The notes: generated by a model from the letters alone, not told the origin. 64,000 bases of DNA from Ruegeria sp. (GCF_040830605.1 NZ_JBFOMD010000004.1:58928-122927), one strand, 5' to 3'. Shown: positions 19,097 through 30,255, numbered from the stretch's first letter. Made by a program: numbers and translations.

Positions 19097-20080
19097 CTAC
19101 CTGTCGTAATTCCCGTTCTGATGCCAACGCCAGGCGTCGGCGACCATGATCTCGAGCGTCGAGCGTTTCGGGCTCCAGCCCAGTTCGCGCCCGGCGCGGG
19201 TCGAGCCCGAGACCAGCTTGGTGCAATCCCCGGCGCGGCGCGGACCGATATTATAGGGCACCTCGCGGTTGGTGACCGACTTGGAATGCTCGATCACCTG
19301 CATGACCGAGAAACCGGACCCGGTGCCGAGGTTGAAGACCTGACTGCCCTTGTCCTGCTCCAGCCAGTTCAGACCCAGAACATGGGCATCCACCAGATCG
19401 CAGACATGCACATAATCGCGGATGCAGGTGCCGTCGGGCGTGTCGTAATCGGTGCCGAACACGGTTAGCGCGTCCCGTTTGCCGTCGATGGCGTCCAGCA
19501 TCAGCGGCACCAGATGGGTCTCGGGGCGGTGGAACTCGCCCACTTCGCCCTCGGGATCGGCGCCGGCCACGTTGAAATAGCGAAAGATCACGTGTTTCAG
19601 CCCATGCGCGGCCTCGAAATCGCGCAGGATATCCTCGATGGCGCGTTTCGAGGCGCCATAGGCGTTCAGCGGCTGTTGCGGCGTGGTCTCGTCCAGCACC
19701 ACGTTGTCATGCTCGCCATAGGTGGCGCAGGTCGAGGAGAAGACGAAGTTCAGGCACCCAGCCGCCACCGCGGCCTCGATCAACGACAATGACCCGGTGA
19801 CGTTGTTGGTCCAGTATTTGCCCGGTTCCGACATCGCCTCGCCCACCTGGCTGAGGGCGGCGAAATGCATGACGGCGGCGGGCCGGTATTTGGCGAACAC
19901 CTCGTCCAGCCGGGCGCGGTCCAGCAGATCGCCCTGTTCGAACGGGCCGAACTTGACCGCGTCCTGCCAGCCGGTGATCAGGTTGTCATAGGTCACCGGC
20001 GTGTACCCGGCGGCGGCCAGCGCCTTGCAGGCATGCGATCCGATATAACCGGCGCCACCGGTCACGAGAATGTTCGTCAT
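19097..20080 (-). CDS. galE: UDP-glucose 4-epimerase
   Basis: VTGGAGYIGSH, YGASK, RYFNVAGA, DGTCIRDYVHV; start moved to MTNIL. Confidence 0.93.
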   Translation of the reverse strand: MTNILVTGGAGYIGSHACKALAAAGYTPVTYDNLITGWQDAVKFGPFEQGDLLDRARLDEVFAKYRPAAVMHFAALSQVGEAMSEPGKYWTNNVTGSLSLIEAAVAAGCLNFVFSSTCATYGEHDNVVLDETTPQQPLNAYGASKRAIEDILRDFEAAHGLKHVIFRYFNVAGADPEGEVGEFHRPETHLVPLMLDAIDGKRDALTVFGTDYDTPDGTCIRDYVHVCDLVDAHVLGLNWLEQDKGSQVFNLGTGSGFSVMQVIEHSKSVTNREVPYNIGPRRAGDCTKLVSGSTRAGRELGWSPKRSTLEIMVADAWRWHQNGNYDR

Positions 20081-20157
20081 CAAACGCTCCGCGCTTTCAT
20101 ATGGATTTGCGCCCTGTCTACGCGTCCCGCGATCTGTGGGAAATGGGGAAATTCGTC

Positions 20158-20958
20158 TTAGTCGAGCCCCATCGCGGCCATCATCGTCTCGATCTTGGGC
20201 ACGTCGTGGGGGTTGTTCAGTTCCCAGAACTGACGCCCCCTTGCCTCGACCTCGACACACAGGACCTTGCGGCCGTTTTCCATGAAGCGCAGCTGTTCCA
20301 GCCCCTCGAGCGTTTCCAGCGGCCCAGTGGGCCAGGCGGGATAGGCGGCCAGCGAGTCGGCGCGGGTGGCATAGACGCCCACATGGTGGAACACCGGGGT
20401 CGGGTCGGCATCGGCATAGGTGTCCGAGGTGTAGGGGATCACCTCTTTCGAGAAATAAAGCGCGCTGTTGTCGGCCGCGAACACGGCAGTGGTGCCGCCC
20501 ACCCGCCCGTGTTTGCGGTCGTTCAGAAATCCGTTCAAGGCGGCGCCGTCGCAGCGCAGCACCGGCGTGGCCACGCCTGCGTCCGGTGCGGCGCGCAGAC
20601 CGGTGATCAGATCTTCGACGAACCAATGCGGGGTCAGCGGTGCGTCGCCCTGCAGGTTCACCACGATCTCATATCCGCCGCCCAGCGCTTCATGCGCTTC
20701 GGCGCAGCGCTCGGTGCCGTTGGTGCAGGTATCCGAGGTCATCACCACCTCGGCGCCGAAGCCCTCGGCCACGTCGCGGATGCGGTCATCGTCGGTTGCC
20801 ACCACCACCCGGTCCACGCCCGAAACGGCCATGGCGGCGCGCCAGGAGCGTTCGATCAGGGTCTGAGACTGGCCACTTGCGCCGGTCAGCGGTACCAGCG
20901 GCTTGCCGGGATAACGGGTCGAGGCATAGCGGGCGGGGATGGCGATCAGAACGGACAT
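20158..20958 (-). CDS. kdsB: 3-deoxy-manno-octulosonate cytidylyltransferase (KdsB/KpsU)
   Basis: IPARYASTRYPGKPL, NLQGD, LEQLR. Confidence 0.9.
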   Translation of the reverse strand: MSVLIAIPARYASTRYPGKPLVPLTGASGQSQTLIERSWRAAMAVSGVDRVVVATDDDRIRDVAEGFGAEVVMTSDTCTNGTERCAEAHEALGGGYEIVVNLQGDAPLTPHWFVEDLITGLRAAPDAGVATPVLRCDGAALNGFLNDRKHGRVGGTTAVFAADNSALYFSKEVIPYTSDTYADADPTPVFHHVGVYATRADSLAAYPAWPTGPLETLEGLEQLRFMENGRKVLCVEVEARGRQFWELNNPHDVPKIETMMAAMGLD

Positions 20959-21755
20959 CAGGCCTCCTTGAGGTCAACGCCGGGGGCGTGGGCGATGAAG
21001 AACGGGTTGGCGTAGCCGTCCTTGCCATAGGTCAGCGGCTGGTGATTGTCGAAGCGGACGACATCGCCGCCTGCACCTGCCAGAACGGCGTGGCCCGCGG
21101 CGGTGTCCCACTCCATGGTGCGGCCCACGCGGGGGTAGAGGTCGGCCTCACCGGTTGCGACAAGGCAGAATTTCAGGGACGATCCGGCGCTCTTGCTGTC
21201 CCGCACCTGATACTTGCCGATATAGTCGTCGGTTGCCTGATCGCGGTGCGATTTCGACGCGACCACCAGCAGCGCGCCATTGTCGGGCTGCGAGACCGAG
21301 ATCGGGGTCAGGTCGCCCGGCGTCTCTTGGTCGAGCGCACCGGATTCCTCGACCGAGCGGCCATTGGCCTGGGTATAGAACATGCGGCCCTTGGCCGGGG
21401 CATAGACCACCCCGCGCGTCGGCGTGCCGTTTTCCACCAGCGCGATATTGACGGTGAAATCGCCGCGGCGGTTGATGAATTCCTTGGTGCCGTCCAGCGG
21501 GTCGACGATCAGGAACGTGTCGCCGGATTGCGTGTGCGAGGCTGCCTGTTCCTCGGTGATCAGCAGAACATCTGGAAACGCCGCGCGCAGACCGGCCGAG
21601 ATCAGCGCATCGGCGGCCTCGTCCGCCTCGGTCACCGGGCTGGCGTCGGATTTGGATTTTATCTCGAAATCGTCGGAATTGTAGATCTCCATGATCCGGT
21701 CACCGGCCTCAAGCGCCAGACGCCGGATAACGGGAATAAGCTCGTCATAGGTCAA
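20958..21755 (-). CDS. cysQ: 3'(2'),5'-bisphosphate nucleotidase
   Basis: SPVTEAD, VDPLDGTKEF, GSSLKFC, MEWDTAAG; TTG start at 21755 behind GGAG. Confidence 0.92.
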   Translation of the reverse strand: MTYDELIPVIRRLALEAGDRIMEIYNSDDFEIKSKSDASPVTEADEAADALISAGLRAAFPDVLLITEEQAASHTQSGDTFLIVDPLDGTKEFINRRGDFTVNIALVENGTPTRGVVYAPAKGRMFYTQANGRSVEESGALDQETPGDLTPISVSQPDNGALLVVASKSHRDQATDDYIGKYQVRDSKSAGSSLKFCLVATGEADLYPRVGRTMEWDTAAGHAVLAGAGGDVVRFDNHQPLTYGKDGYANPFFIAHAPGVDLKEA

Positions 21756-21876
21756 AAAATTGCTCCGATCCTGTGCTTTGTTGATCTGTGCCTTTGGCGA
21801 ACTTATGCTTTGCCGGAAACGGAACGGCAAGAATTCCGTGCCAGTTTTCGGGCCCTGATGCAGGATAGACCACGAC

Positions 21877-22698
21877 GTGTTTCGCTATAGACAGCATAGA
21901 TCATTGGCGAGCGGTGCCGTCACGATGGGAGAGCTTATCTTTCACTCCATCGTGCGCAGTGTGCGGTCACGGCACAACAACGCCTTTCTGGCTCTGGGCC
22001 AGAATGTGCTGCAGGCCCTGATCTTTGTCGGGATATTCTACCTTCTGTTCCTGATCATGGGACTGCGGAGCGCGGCGGTGCGCGGCGATTTCCTGCTCTA
22101 CATCATGTCCGGCATCTTCTTGTTCATGTGCCACATCCGGTCTGTTGGCGCGGTTGCCGGTGCCGAGGGGCCCACCAGCCCGATGATGAAACACGCGCCG
22201 ATGAACACAGTGATCGCGATCATCGCGGCCGCACTTGGGGCGCTGTACACCCAGGTTCTGACGATGCTGCTGATCCTGTTTTTCTATCACACGGCATTCA
22301 CACCGATTGAGATTGCCGATCCGGTCGGCGCATTCAGCATGCTGCTGCTGGCGTGGTTCACCGGCTGTGCGGTCGGCATGGTCTTTCTGGCAATAAAACC
22401 CTGGGCACCCCATACGGTGGGGATCATGAGTACGCTTTACCAGCGCGCGAACATGATTGCGTCGGGCAAGATGTTTGTGGCGAATATGCTGTCGCCGACC
22501 TTGCTGGCCATGTTTGACTGGAATCCGTTGTTTCACGCCATCGACCAGTGCCGGGGCTTTGTGTTCCGCAACTATTTCCCGCGCAACAGCAGTTGGGAAT
22601 ATGCGCTGTGGGTGGGAATCATATTGCTGATGATCGGGCTGATGGGCGAGTTCTATACCCGCCGTCAGGTATCGAACAGCTGGTTTGCGCGGCGGTGA
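21877..22698 (+). CDS. ABC-2 polysaccharide export permease (KpsM/Wzm-like)
   Basis: About 6 TM segments and a WNPLFHAID..R motif. Confidence 0.75.
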   Translation: MFRYRQHRSLASGAVTMGELIFHSIVRSVRSRHNNAFLALGQNVLQALIFVGIFYLLFLIMGLRSAAVRGDFLLYIMSGIFLFMCHIRSVGAVAGAEGPTSPMMKHAPMNTVIAIIAAALGALYTQVLTMLLILFFYHTAFTPIEIADPVGAFSMLLLAWFTGCAVGMVFLAIKPWAPHTVGIMSTLYQRANMIASGKMFVANMLSPTLLAMFDWNPLFHAIDQCRGFVFRNYFPRNSSWEYALWVGIILLMIGLMGEFYTRRQVSNSWFARR

Positions 22699-22704
22699 GC
22701 GGGC

Positions 22705-23307
22705 TCAGGTCACGACGCGCAATGTCAGGTTGATGCGGCCTCCCTTGGGTAGCAGCTTCGAGGATTTGAACCGGATCCGGTCCACACCGTGATAGATCAG
22801 CCGCGCGGGTCCCCCCATCACCAGCACATCGCCCGAATTGAGCCAGACCGATTCCGTCTTGCCGCCGCGCGTAGTGTTGCCGAGGCGGAACAGCGCGTCA
22901 TCGCCCAGCGACACCGACAGGACAGGCCACGAGAAATCGGCCTCGTCCCGGTCCTGATGCATCCCCATGCGCGTGTCCTCGCCATAATAGTTGATCAGGC
23001 AGCAATCCGGCGCCCGCTCCAGCCCGGTGACATCCGACCAGATCGACAGGATTTCCTCCGGAATGCCCGGCCAGACCACGCCCCTGGGGTGCTGCGGCTC
23101 ATAGCGATAGCCCTTGCGGTCCGACACCCAGCCGAACGCCCCGGCCGAGGTCATGCGCACCGACATGGTCTTGCCGCTGGCGGTGGTGGGCGAAAACAGG
23201 GGCGCGGCCTTCAGAATCGGGCGCAATGCCTCGATCAGCCCGGCCTGCGCCGCGCCGTCCAGATAGCCTTTGCGGATCTCGACACCCCGTACAACCAGCC
23301 GAGTCAT
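22705..23307 (-). CDS. alkB: Alpha-ketoglutarate-dependent dioxygenase AlkB
   Basis: CLINYY, MGMHQDRDE, YHGV, RINLTLR. Confidence 0.88.
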   Translation of the reverse strand: MTRLVVRGVEIRKGYLDGAAQAGLIEALRPILKAAPLFSPTTASGKTMSVRMTSAGAFGWVSDRKGYRYEPQHPRGVVWPGIPEEILSIWSDVTGLERAPDCCLINYYGEDTRMGMHQDRDEADFSWPVLSVSLGDDALFRLGNTTRGGKTESVWLNSGDVLVMGGPARLIYHGVDRIRFKSSKLLPKGGRINLTLRVVT

Positions 23308-23381
23308 CGTTTCATTTCCGATTCCTTGCCAAACCCTTGTCAAAAAGGTCGCAGATTCCCGAAAACCCGCAATTCACGATG

Positions 23382-23410
23382 CTTGCAGGCCCCCTTTCAG
23401 ACCCCTATAT
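23382..23410 (+). promoter_or_regulatory. RpoH (sigma32)-type promoter of dnaK
   Basis: CTTG-N18-CCTATAT, matching the alphaproteobacterial heat-shock promoter pattern. Confidence 0.65.
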
Positions 23411-23521
23411 ACGCCGGGACGCGCGATGGTGTAGTGCTGTCGCGCACCACTGATCGGGGCCGGGATGCCGAAACGGGTTCAGGCTTCGGGACATCGCCTT
23501 GAAGAGAAAGGGATCGAACAC

Positions 23522-25429
23522 ATGGGAAAAGTAATCGGGATTGACCTCGGCACAACCAACTCGTGCGTGGCCATCATGGACGGCTCGCAGCCGAAGGTCA
23601 TCGAAAACGCAGAAGGGGCGCGGACCACGCCCTCGATCGTCGCCTTCACCGAAGATGAGCGTCTGGTCGGTCAGCCTGCCAAGCGTCAGGCGGTCACCAA
23701 CCCCGAAAACACCATTTTTGGCGTCAAGCGCCTGATCGGGCGCCGGGTTGACGACGCGGAAGTCGAAAAAGACAAGAAAATGGTGCCGTATGCCATCGTC
23801 AATGGCGGCAATGGCGACGCGTGGGTCGAGGCCCGCGGTGAAAAGTACTCCCCAAGCCAGATTTCGGCCTTCACACTGGGCAAGATGAAGGAAACCGCCG
23901 AGAGCTATCTGGGTGAGGAAGTCACGCAGGCCGTCATCACCGTTCCGGCCTATTTCAACGACGCTCAGCGTCAGGCCACCAAGGACGCAGGCAAGATTGC
24001 CGGTCTGGAAGTGCTGCGCATCATCAACGAGCCGACCGCTGCCGCGCTGGCCTATGGCCTGGACAAGGAAGACAGCCAGACCATCGCGGTCTATGACCTT
24101 GGCGGCGGTACCTTCGACGTGACCATTCTGGAAATCGACGACGGCCTGTTCGAGGTCAAGTCGACCAATGGCGACACCTTCCTGGGTGGTGAAGACTTTG
24201 ACATGCGCATCGTCAACTACCTGGCGGATGAGTTCAAAAAGGAACACGGCGTCGATCTGTCCGGCGACAAGATGGCCCTGCAGCGTCTGAAAGAAGCCGC
24301 TGAAAAGGCCAAGATCGAGCTCAGCTCGACCTCGCAGACCGAAATCAACCAGCCGTTCATCTCGATGGGCGCCAACGGCCAGCCGCTGCACATGGTCATG
24401 AAACTGACCCGTGCCAAGCTGGAATCGCTGGTCGGCGACCTGATCAAGAAGTCGATGAAGCCGTGCCAGGCCGCGCTGAAAGACGCCGGCATTTCGGCCG
24501 GCGACGTGGACGAAGTTGTTCTGGTCGGTGGTATGACCCGGATGCCGAAAGTGATCGAAGAGGTCACCAAGTTCTTCGGTAAAGAGCCGCACAAGGGTGT
24601 GAACCCGGACGAAGTTGTTGCCATGGGCGCAGCCATTCAGGCCGGTGTCCTGCAGGGTGACGTCAAGGACGTGGTTCTGCTGGACGTGACGCCGCTGTCG
24701 CTGGGCATTGAAACGCTGGGTGGCGTGTTCACCCGCCTGATCGACCGCAACACCACGATCCCGACGAAAAAGTCTCAGGTCTTCTCGACCGCCGAAGACA
24801 ACCAGAACGCCGTGACCATCCGCGTGTTCCAGGGTGAGCGGGAAATGGCGTCGGACAACAAGATCCTGGGTCAGTTCAACCTCGAAGACATCCCGCCCGC
24901 ACCGCGCGGCATGCCGCAGATCGAGGTGACCTTCGATATCGACGCCAACGGCATTGTCTCGGTTTCGGCCAAAGACAAAGGCACCGGCAAAGAGCAGAAG
25001 ATCACCATCCAGGCATCGGGTGGCCTCAGCGACGAGGACATCGAAAAGATGGTCAAGGACGCCGAGGAGAACGCCGAGGCCGACAAGCAGCGCAAAGAGC
25101 TGGTCGAAGCCAAGAACCAGGCCGAAAGCCTCATCCATTCGACCGAAAAGTCGATGGAAGAGCATTCCGACAAGGTCGACCCGACCACCATCGAAGCCAT
25201 CGAACTGGCCATTGCCGCGCTCAAGGACGAGCTGGAATCCGAGAATGCGGACAAGATCAAGTCGGGTATCCAGAACGTGACCGAAGCGGCCATGAAGCTG
25301 GGCGAAGCCATCTACAAGGCGCAAGCCGAAGAAGGCGACGATGAGCCGGCGGCAGCGGATGCCGCTCCGGGCGAGGATGACATCGTCGACGCCGAGTTCG
25401 AAGACCTGGACGACGACAAGCGTAACTAA
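23522..25429 (+). CDS. dnaK: Chaperone DnaK
   Basis: [25 protein letters not shown]. Confidence 0.98.
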   Translation: MGKVIGIDLGTTNSCVAIMDGSQPKVIENAEGARTTPSIVAFTEDERLVGQPAKRQAVTNPENTIFGVKRLIGRRVDDAEVEKDKKMVPYAIVNGGNGDAWVEARGEKYSPSQISAFTLGKMKETAESYLGEEVTQAVITVPAYFNDAQRQATKDAGKIAGLEVLRIINEPTAAALAYGLDKEDSQTIAVYDLGGGTFDVTILEIDDGLFEVKSTNGDTFLGGEDFDMRIVNYLADEFKKEHGVDLSGDKMALQRLKEAAEKAKIELSSTSQTEINQPFISMGANGQPLHMVMKLTRAKLESLVGDLIKKSMKPCQAALKDAGISAGDVDEVVLVGGMTRMPKVIEEVTKFFGKEPHKGVNPDEVVAMGAAIQAGVLQGDVKDVVLLDVTPLSLGIETLGGVFTRLIDRNTTIPTKKSQVFSTAEDNQNAVTIRVFQGEREMASDNKILGQFNLEDIPPAPRGMPQIEVTFDIDANGIVSVSAKDKGTGKEQKITIQASGGLSDEDIEKMVKDAEENAEADKQRKELVEAKNQAESLIHSTEKSMEEHSDKVDPTTIEAIELAIAALKDELESENADKIKSGIQNVTEAAMKLGEAIYKAQAEEGDDEPAAADAAPGEDDIVDAEFEDLDDDKRN

Positions 25430-25446
25430 CGGGTAACCGGGCCAAT

Positions 25447-25477
25447 TCGGGCCGGTCCGGTTGCCGGGCCGGCCCGA
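25447..25477 (+). other. GC-rich stem-loop between dnaK and dnaJ
   Basis: TCGGGCCGGTCCGG-TTG-CCGGGCCGGCCCGA; no U tract, so more likely an mRNA stabiliser or partial terminator. Confidence 0.55.
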
Positions 25478-25503
25478 TTACGTTGAGGCAGAAGGAAAAA
25501 CTG

Positions 25504-26649
25504 ATGTCAAAACGCGACTACTATGATGTGCTCGGCGTGTCCAAGGGGGCCTCTGCGGACGAAATCAAGAAGGGTTTTCGCAAGAAAGCCAAGGAACTTC
25601 ACCCCGACCGCAACAAAGACAACCCAGATGCCGAAGCGCAGTTCAAAGAGGCGAACGAGGCCTACGACGTCCTGAAGGACGCCGAAAAAAAGGCCGCGTA
25701 TGACCGCTTTGGCCATGCCGCGTTTGAAAACGGCATGGGTGGCGGCGGGCAGCGCCCCGGCGGCGGTTTTGGCTCGGGCGATTTTTCGAGCGCGTTCTCG
25801 GACGTATTCGATGATCTGTTCGGCGATTTCATGGGTGGCCGTCAGGGTGGCGGACGGCGGGCCGCGCGCGGCTCGGACCTGCGCTATAACCTGCGGGTGA
25901 CGCTGGAAGAAGCCTATTCCGGCATGCAGAAAACGATCAACGTGCCGACCGCCGTGTCGTGCTCGTCCTGCGAAGGCACCGGCGCCGAAGGCGGGGTCGA
26001 GCCCACCACCTGCCCGACCTGTTCCGGCATGGGCAAGGTGCGGGCGCAGCAAGGGTTCTTTACCGTCGAGCGGACCTGCCCGACCTGTTCGGGTCTGGGG
26101 CAGATCATCAAGAACCCCTGTACTTCGTGCAAGGGCGCGGGCCGGGTCGAAAAGGACCGGGCGCTCAGCGTCAACATCCCCGCCGGCGTGGAAACCGGCA
26201 CCCGCATTCGACTGGCGGGCGAAGGTGAGGCCGGGATGCGCGGCGGCCCTCCGGGCGATCTCTACATCTTTGTCGAGGTGGCGCCGCATGAGCTGTTTGA
26301 ACGCGACAGCGTGAACCTTTATTGCCGCGTACCGGTCAGCATGGCCAAGGCGGCGCTGGGCGGCTCGATCGAAGTGCCGACCATCGACGGCGGCCGTGGC
26401 CGGGTGCAGATCCCGGCAGGCAGTCAGTCCGGCCGCCAGATGCGTCTGCGGGGCAAGGGCATGCCCGCCCTGCGCGGCGGCGGTTCCGGCGACATGTTCA
26501 TCGAACTGGCCGTCGAAACCCCGGTCAACCTGACCAGCCGCCAGAAGGAACTGCTGCGCGAGTTCGAGGATCTGGGTGAGGACAACAACCCCGAGACCAA
26601 GAGCTTTTTCTCATCCGTCAAATCCTTTTGGGACGGGATGAAGGGCTGA
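25504..26649 (+). CDS. dnaJ: Chaperone DnaJ
   Basis: HPD J domain, G/F-rich region, four CxxCxGxG repeats. Confidence 0.97.
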   Translation: MSKRDYYDVLGVSKGASADEIKKGFRKKAKELHPDRNKDNPDAEAQFKEANEAYDVLKDAEKKAAYDRFGHAAFENGMGGGGQRPGGGFGSGDFSSAFSDVFDDLFGDFMGGRQGGGRRAARGSDLRYNLRVTLEEAYSGMQKTINVPTAVSCSSCEGTGAEGGVEPTTCPTCSGMGKVRAQQGFFTVERTCPTCSGLGQIIKNPCTSCKGAGRVEKDRALSVNIPAGVETGTRIRLAGEGEAGMRGGPPGDLYIFVEVAPHELFERDSVNLYCRVPVSMAKAALGGSIEVPTIDGGRGRVQIPAGSQSGRQMRLRGKGMPALRGGGSGDMFIELAVETPVNLTSRQKELLREFEDLGEDNNPETKSFFSSVKSFWDGMKG

Positions 26650-26668
26650 ACGCTCTGACAGTCACGGC

Positions 26669-26703
26669 AAGGACCGGTCCATTTGGGCCGGTCTTTTCGT
26701 TTT
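26669..26703 (+). terminator. Rho-independent terminator after dnaJ
   Basis: GGACCGGTCC-ATTT-GGGCCGGTCT followed by TTTCGTTTT. Confidence 0.75.
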
Positions 26704-26788
26704 GGACTTATGTATATGTCCAGTTTGGCCGCATATCCCCCATGTCTGGGTCTTGATTCCCGGCCCGCCACCTGAGATTGTCGCGGCA

Positions 26789-26876
26789 ACCGTTGGGGTG
26801 CCCTTGTCGGGGCTGAGAGGCGTGGATGCGTCAACCCATCGAACCTGATCCGGGCAATACCGGCGGAGGGAACGGT
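26789..26876 (+). ncRNA. TPP riboswitch
   Basis: GGGGTGC...GCTGAGA...ACCC..GAACCTGATCCGGGCAATACCGGCGGAGGGA, closed by ACCGTT/AACGGT; upstream of thiD. Confidence 0.95.
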
Positions 26877-26933
26877 CTCAGTACTAAAGACGTTTTCAAA
26901 GCCCCGTTGCCCCGAAAGACATGGAGCAACGGC

Positions 26934-27737
26934 ATGGCACCTATTGCCCTGACCATCGCAGGATCCGACAGCGGCGGCGGCGCCGGAATTCAGGCCGACC
27001 TCAAGGCGATGTCGGCGCTGGGCGTCTACGGCGCCAGCGTGATCACCGCCGTGACGGCGCAGAACACCCAGGCGGTGACCGCGGTGCATGGCATCCCGCT
27101 GGACGTGATCGCGGCGCAGATCGACGCGGTTCTCTCCGATCTCGATGTCGGCGCGATCAAGATCGGCATGCTGGCCACGCCCGAGATCATCCAGACCGTG
27201 GCCGATGGCATCGCCGGGTTCGGCGGCCCCGTGGTTCTGGACCCGGTGATGATCGCCAAATCCGGCGATGCATTGCTGGCCCGCGACGCGATTCAGACCC
27301 TGCGCGAGGTCCTGCTGCCCCGCGCCACCGTGCTGACCCCGAACCTGCCCGAGGCCGCCTGCCTGCTGGAGCGCCTTGTGGCCGAAACGGACGAGGAGAT
27401 GGTGGAACAGGGCCATGCGCTCTGTGCGCTTGGTGCGCAGGCCGTGTTGATGAAGGGTGGACATGCCACGGGCGACATCTGTCATGATCTGCTGATCGCT
27501 GACGGACAAGTTGCCGGCGAATATTCCGCCCCGCGCCGCGGGACGAAGAACACCCATGGCACCGGCTGCACCTTGTCCTCGTCGATTGCCGCCGGGCTCG
27601 CCAAGGGCCTGCCGCTGACCGGGGCGGTGGAGGCGGCACATGTCTATTTGCAGGGCGCGATTGCACAGGCGGATGCGCTGGGCGTCGGCCATGGCCACGG
27701 GCCGGTGCATCACTTCCACATGGTCTGGCCCGCGTGA
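26934..27737 (+). CDS. thiD: HMP/HMP-P kinase
   Basis: TIAGSDSGGGAGIQADLK, HGTGCTLSS; the longer ORF start would fall inside the riboswitch. Confidence 0.93.
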   Translation: MAPIALTIAGSDSGGGAGIQADLKAMSALGVYGASVITAVTAQNTQAVTAVHGIPLDVIAAQIDAVLSDLDVGAIKIGMLATPEIIQTVADGIAGFGGPVVLDPVMIAKSGDALLARDAIQTLREVLLPRATVLTPNLPEAACLLERLVAETDEEMVEQGHALCALGAQAVLMKGGHATGDICHDLLIADGQVAGEYSAPRRGTKNTHGTGCTLSSSIAAGLAKGLPLTGAVEAAHVYLQGAIAQADALGVGHGHGPVHHFHMVWPA

Positions 27738-28711
27738 CCGTTTACTCGGTCATAGGGGCCGGGGTGGCCGGGCTTGCGGTTGCGACCGAGCTGGCGGCGC
27801 GTGGGGCAAAGGTCCAGGTCTTTGATCCGGGCGGCCCGCCCGGTCCGCATGGCTGTTCCTGGTGGGCCGGGGGCATGCTGGCGCCGTGGTGCGAATACGA
27901 AAACGCCGAGGAGTCGGTGTTGCGACTGGGACAGCAGGCCATCGACTGGTGGGCAGAAAAGACCGAGGTCACACGGCGCGGCACGCTGATTGTTGCCAAT
28001 GCCCGCGACCTGCCCGACCTGCGCCGATTTGCCCGGCGCACCGAAGGGTTTCGTGAGACAAAAAATGGTGAAATCACCAAATTAGAGCCTGATCTGCACG
28101 GATTTGGCAAAGGTCTGTTCTTTACGGATGAGGCGCATCTTGATCCGCGCAAGGCGCTGCAAGACCTTCATCGCGGGCTGCAAGATAACGGGGTGGAGTT
28201 CCACCGCAAACTGGCGCCCGCCGGGTTGGAAAACGCCATCGACTGCCGGGGCCTGCACGCGCGCGATCTGCTCTACGATCTGCGCGGCGTGAAGGGTGAG
28301 ATGCTGGTGATCCGCTGCCCCGACTTGACCCTGACCCGCCCCGTGCGCCTGCTGCATCCGCGCATGCCGCTCTACATCGTGCCGCGCGGCGACGGCATCT
28401 ACATGCTGGGCGCGACGATGATCGAAAGCGAGGACAGCAGCCGCATCACCGCGCGCTCGATGCTGGAACTGCTCAGCGCCGCCTATGCGCTGAACCCGGC
28501 CTTTGGCGAGGCCGAGGTGCTGGAAATCGGCGTCGATCTGCGCCCCGCCTTTCCCGACAACCTGCCCCGCATCCGGCGGCTGGGGAGGACAATCTATGCC
28601 AACGGGCTCTACCGCCACGGCTATCTGCTGGCGCCCGCACTGGCGCAGGGCGTGGCCGATCTGGCGCTTGAGAACAAACATTCGGAGATGGTCGATGAAG
28701 ATCGTGCTTAA
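27734..28711 (+). CDS. thiO: Glycine oxidase
   Basis: GAGVAG FAD motif, AGGMLAP, NGLYRHG; thi operon context. Confidence 0.88.
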   Translation: MTVYSVIGAGVAGLAVATELAARGAKVQVFDPGGPPGPHGCSWWAGGMLAPWCEYENAEESVLRLGQQAIDWWAEKTEVTRRGTLIVANARDLPDLRRFARRTEGFRETKNGEITKLEPDLHGFGKGLFFTDEAHLDPRKALQDLHRGLQDNGVEFHRKLAPAGLENAIDCRGLHARDLLYDLRGVKGEMLVIRCPDLTLTRPVRLLHPRMPLYIVPRGDGIYMLGATMIESEDSSRITARSMLELLSAAYALNPAFGEAEVLEIGVDLRPAFPDNLPRIRRLGRTIYANGLYRHGYLLAPALAQGVADLALENKHSEMVDEDRA

Positions 28712-28889
28712 CGGCGAGACTCGCGAGGTGCAGTCCGAAACGCTCTCGGCGCTGCTGGAAGAATGCGGATTCAGTGGCCGGGTCGCGACGGCGGTGAATG
28801 AGCAGTTCGTGCCGTCGTCGCTGCGCGTCGGCCAAAAGCTCACCGAAGGCGACCGGATCGAGGTCGTCGCACCGATGCAGGGGGGCTGA
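28695..28889 (+). CDS. thiS: Sulfur carrier protein
   Basis: MKIVLNGE...C-terminal GG. Confidence 0.93.
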   Translation: MKIVLNGETREVQSETLSALLEECGFSGRVATAVNEQFVPSSLRVGQKLTEGDRIEVVAPMQGG

Positions 28890-28891
28890 GG

Positions 28892-29662
28892 ATGAAGACG
28901 TTTTACGGCACTGAACTGCCCAACCCGCTGATGCTGGGCACCGCGCAATACCCAAGTCCGGCCATTCTGGAACAGGCGTTTCGCGAGAGCGGCGCCGGGG
29001 TTGCCACCGTTTCCCTGCGCCGTGAGGGCGCCGGGGGCGCGGGACAGACATTCTGGGCCATGATCCGCGATCTGGGCGTTTTGATCCTGCCCAACACCGC
29101 CGGGTGCCACACGGTGAAAGAGGCGGTGACCACCGCCCACATGGCGCGCGAGGTGTTCGGCACGCCGTGGATCAAGCTGGAACTGATCGGCCACACCGAC
29201 AGCCTGCAACCGGATGTGTTCCAACTGGTCGAGGCTGCGCGCATCCTGACCGAGGACGGGTTTCAGGTCTTTCCCTACACCACCGACGACCTGATCGTGG
29301 GCGAGCGTCTGCTCGGGGCCGGGTGTGAGGTGCTGATGCCCTGGGGTGCACCGATTGGCTCGGGGCGTGGCCTGAACAATGAATACGCGCTGCGTGCGAT
29401 GCGGGCCGAGTTTCCGGATGTGCCGCTGGTCGTGGATGCCGGGATCGGCCTGCCCAGTCACGCCGCCCACGCGATGGAGCTGGGCTATGACGCGGTGCTG
29501 CTGAACACTGCCGTGGCGCGCGCGGGTGATCCCGTGGCCATGGCGCGCGCGATGGCATTGGCGATTGACGCCGGGCGGCTGGCGCATGAGGCCGACCCGA
29601 TCGAGGCACGGGATATGGCCGAACCCTCGACCCCGGTGATCGGAAAGGCGTTTCTGTCATGA
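28892..29662 (+). CDS. thiG: Thiazole synthase
   Basis: LPNTAGC, WIKLE, APIGSG, DAGIG. Confidence 0.95.
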   Translation: MKTFYGTELPNPLMLGTAQYPSPAILEQAFRESGAGVATVSLRREGAGGAGQTFWAMIRDLGVLILPNTAGCHTVKEAVTTAHMAREVFGTPWIKLELIGHTDSLQPDVFQLVEAARILTEDGFQVFPYTTDDLIVGERLLGAGCEVLMPWGAPIGSGRGLNNEYALRAMRAEFPDVPLVVDAGIGLPSHAAHAMELGYDAVLLNTAVARAGDPVAMARAMALAIDAGRLAHEADPIEARDMAEPSTPVIGKAFLS

Positions 29663-30255
29663 CGCTGGACCGGTTCTATCCCATCTTCGACCATTCCGAC
29701 TGGCTGCGCCGAATGCTGCCGCTGGGCGTGAAGCTGGTGCAGTTGCGGGTGAAGGATCAGCCCGAGGATGTGGTGCGCGAACAGATCGCGATCTCGCGCG
29801 ATCTCTGCCGCGCGCGCGGGGCGGTGCTGGTGGTCAACGACTACTGGCAGGCGGCTATCGAGGCCAGGTGCGATTGGGTGCATCTGGGGCAGGAGGATCT
29901 GGACCAGGCCGATCTGAAGGCGATCCGCAAGGCGGGTCTGAAACTGGGCGTCTCCACCCATGACGATGATGAGCTTGAGCGGGTTCTGGCCATGGACCCC
30001 GATTATGTGGCGCTGGGGCCGGTCTATCCGACGATCCTGAAAAAGATGAAATGGCATCAGCAGGGTCTACCGCGTGTAACCGAATGGAAGGCCCGCGTTG
30101 GTGACATTCCCCTGGTCGGCATCGGCGGCATGAGCGTCGAGCGCGCGCCCGGCGTGTTGGAGGCGGGCGCTGATATCGTCTCGGCCGTCACCGACATCAC
30201 CCTGAACGCCGACCCCGAGGCCCGCGTGCGGCAATGGATCGAGGTCACGCGATGA
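29659..30255 (+). CDS. thiE: Thiamine-phosphate synthase
   Basis: QLRVKD, VND, HLGQED, GVSTH, GIGG. Confidence 0.93.
   Translation: MTLDRFYPIFDHSDWLRRMLPLGVKLVQLRVKDQPEDVVREQIAISRDLCRARGAVLVVNDYWQAAIEARCDWVHLGQEDLDQADLKAIRKAGLKLGVSTHDDDELERVLAMDPDYVALGPVYPTILKKMKWHQQGLPRVTEWKARVGDIPLVGIGGMSVERAPGVLEAGADIVSAVTDITLNADPEARVRQWIEVTR

Noticed and set aside
23344-23521. CIRCE/HrcA operator before dnaK
   Set aside because: No TTAGCACTC-N9-GAGTGCTAA match; only an RpoH-type promoter is visible.
23405-25324. 639-aa ORF antisense to dnaK
   Set aside because: Antisense shadow of a highly biased GC-rich gene; no RBS or motifs, and dnaK fully explains the region.
26826-26933. N-terminal extension of thiD in the ORF track
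   Set aside because: It overlaps the TPP aptamer; the real start with a GGAG RBS is at 26934.
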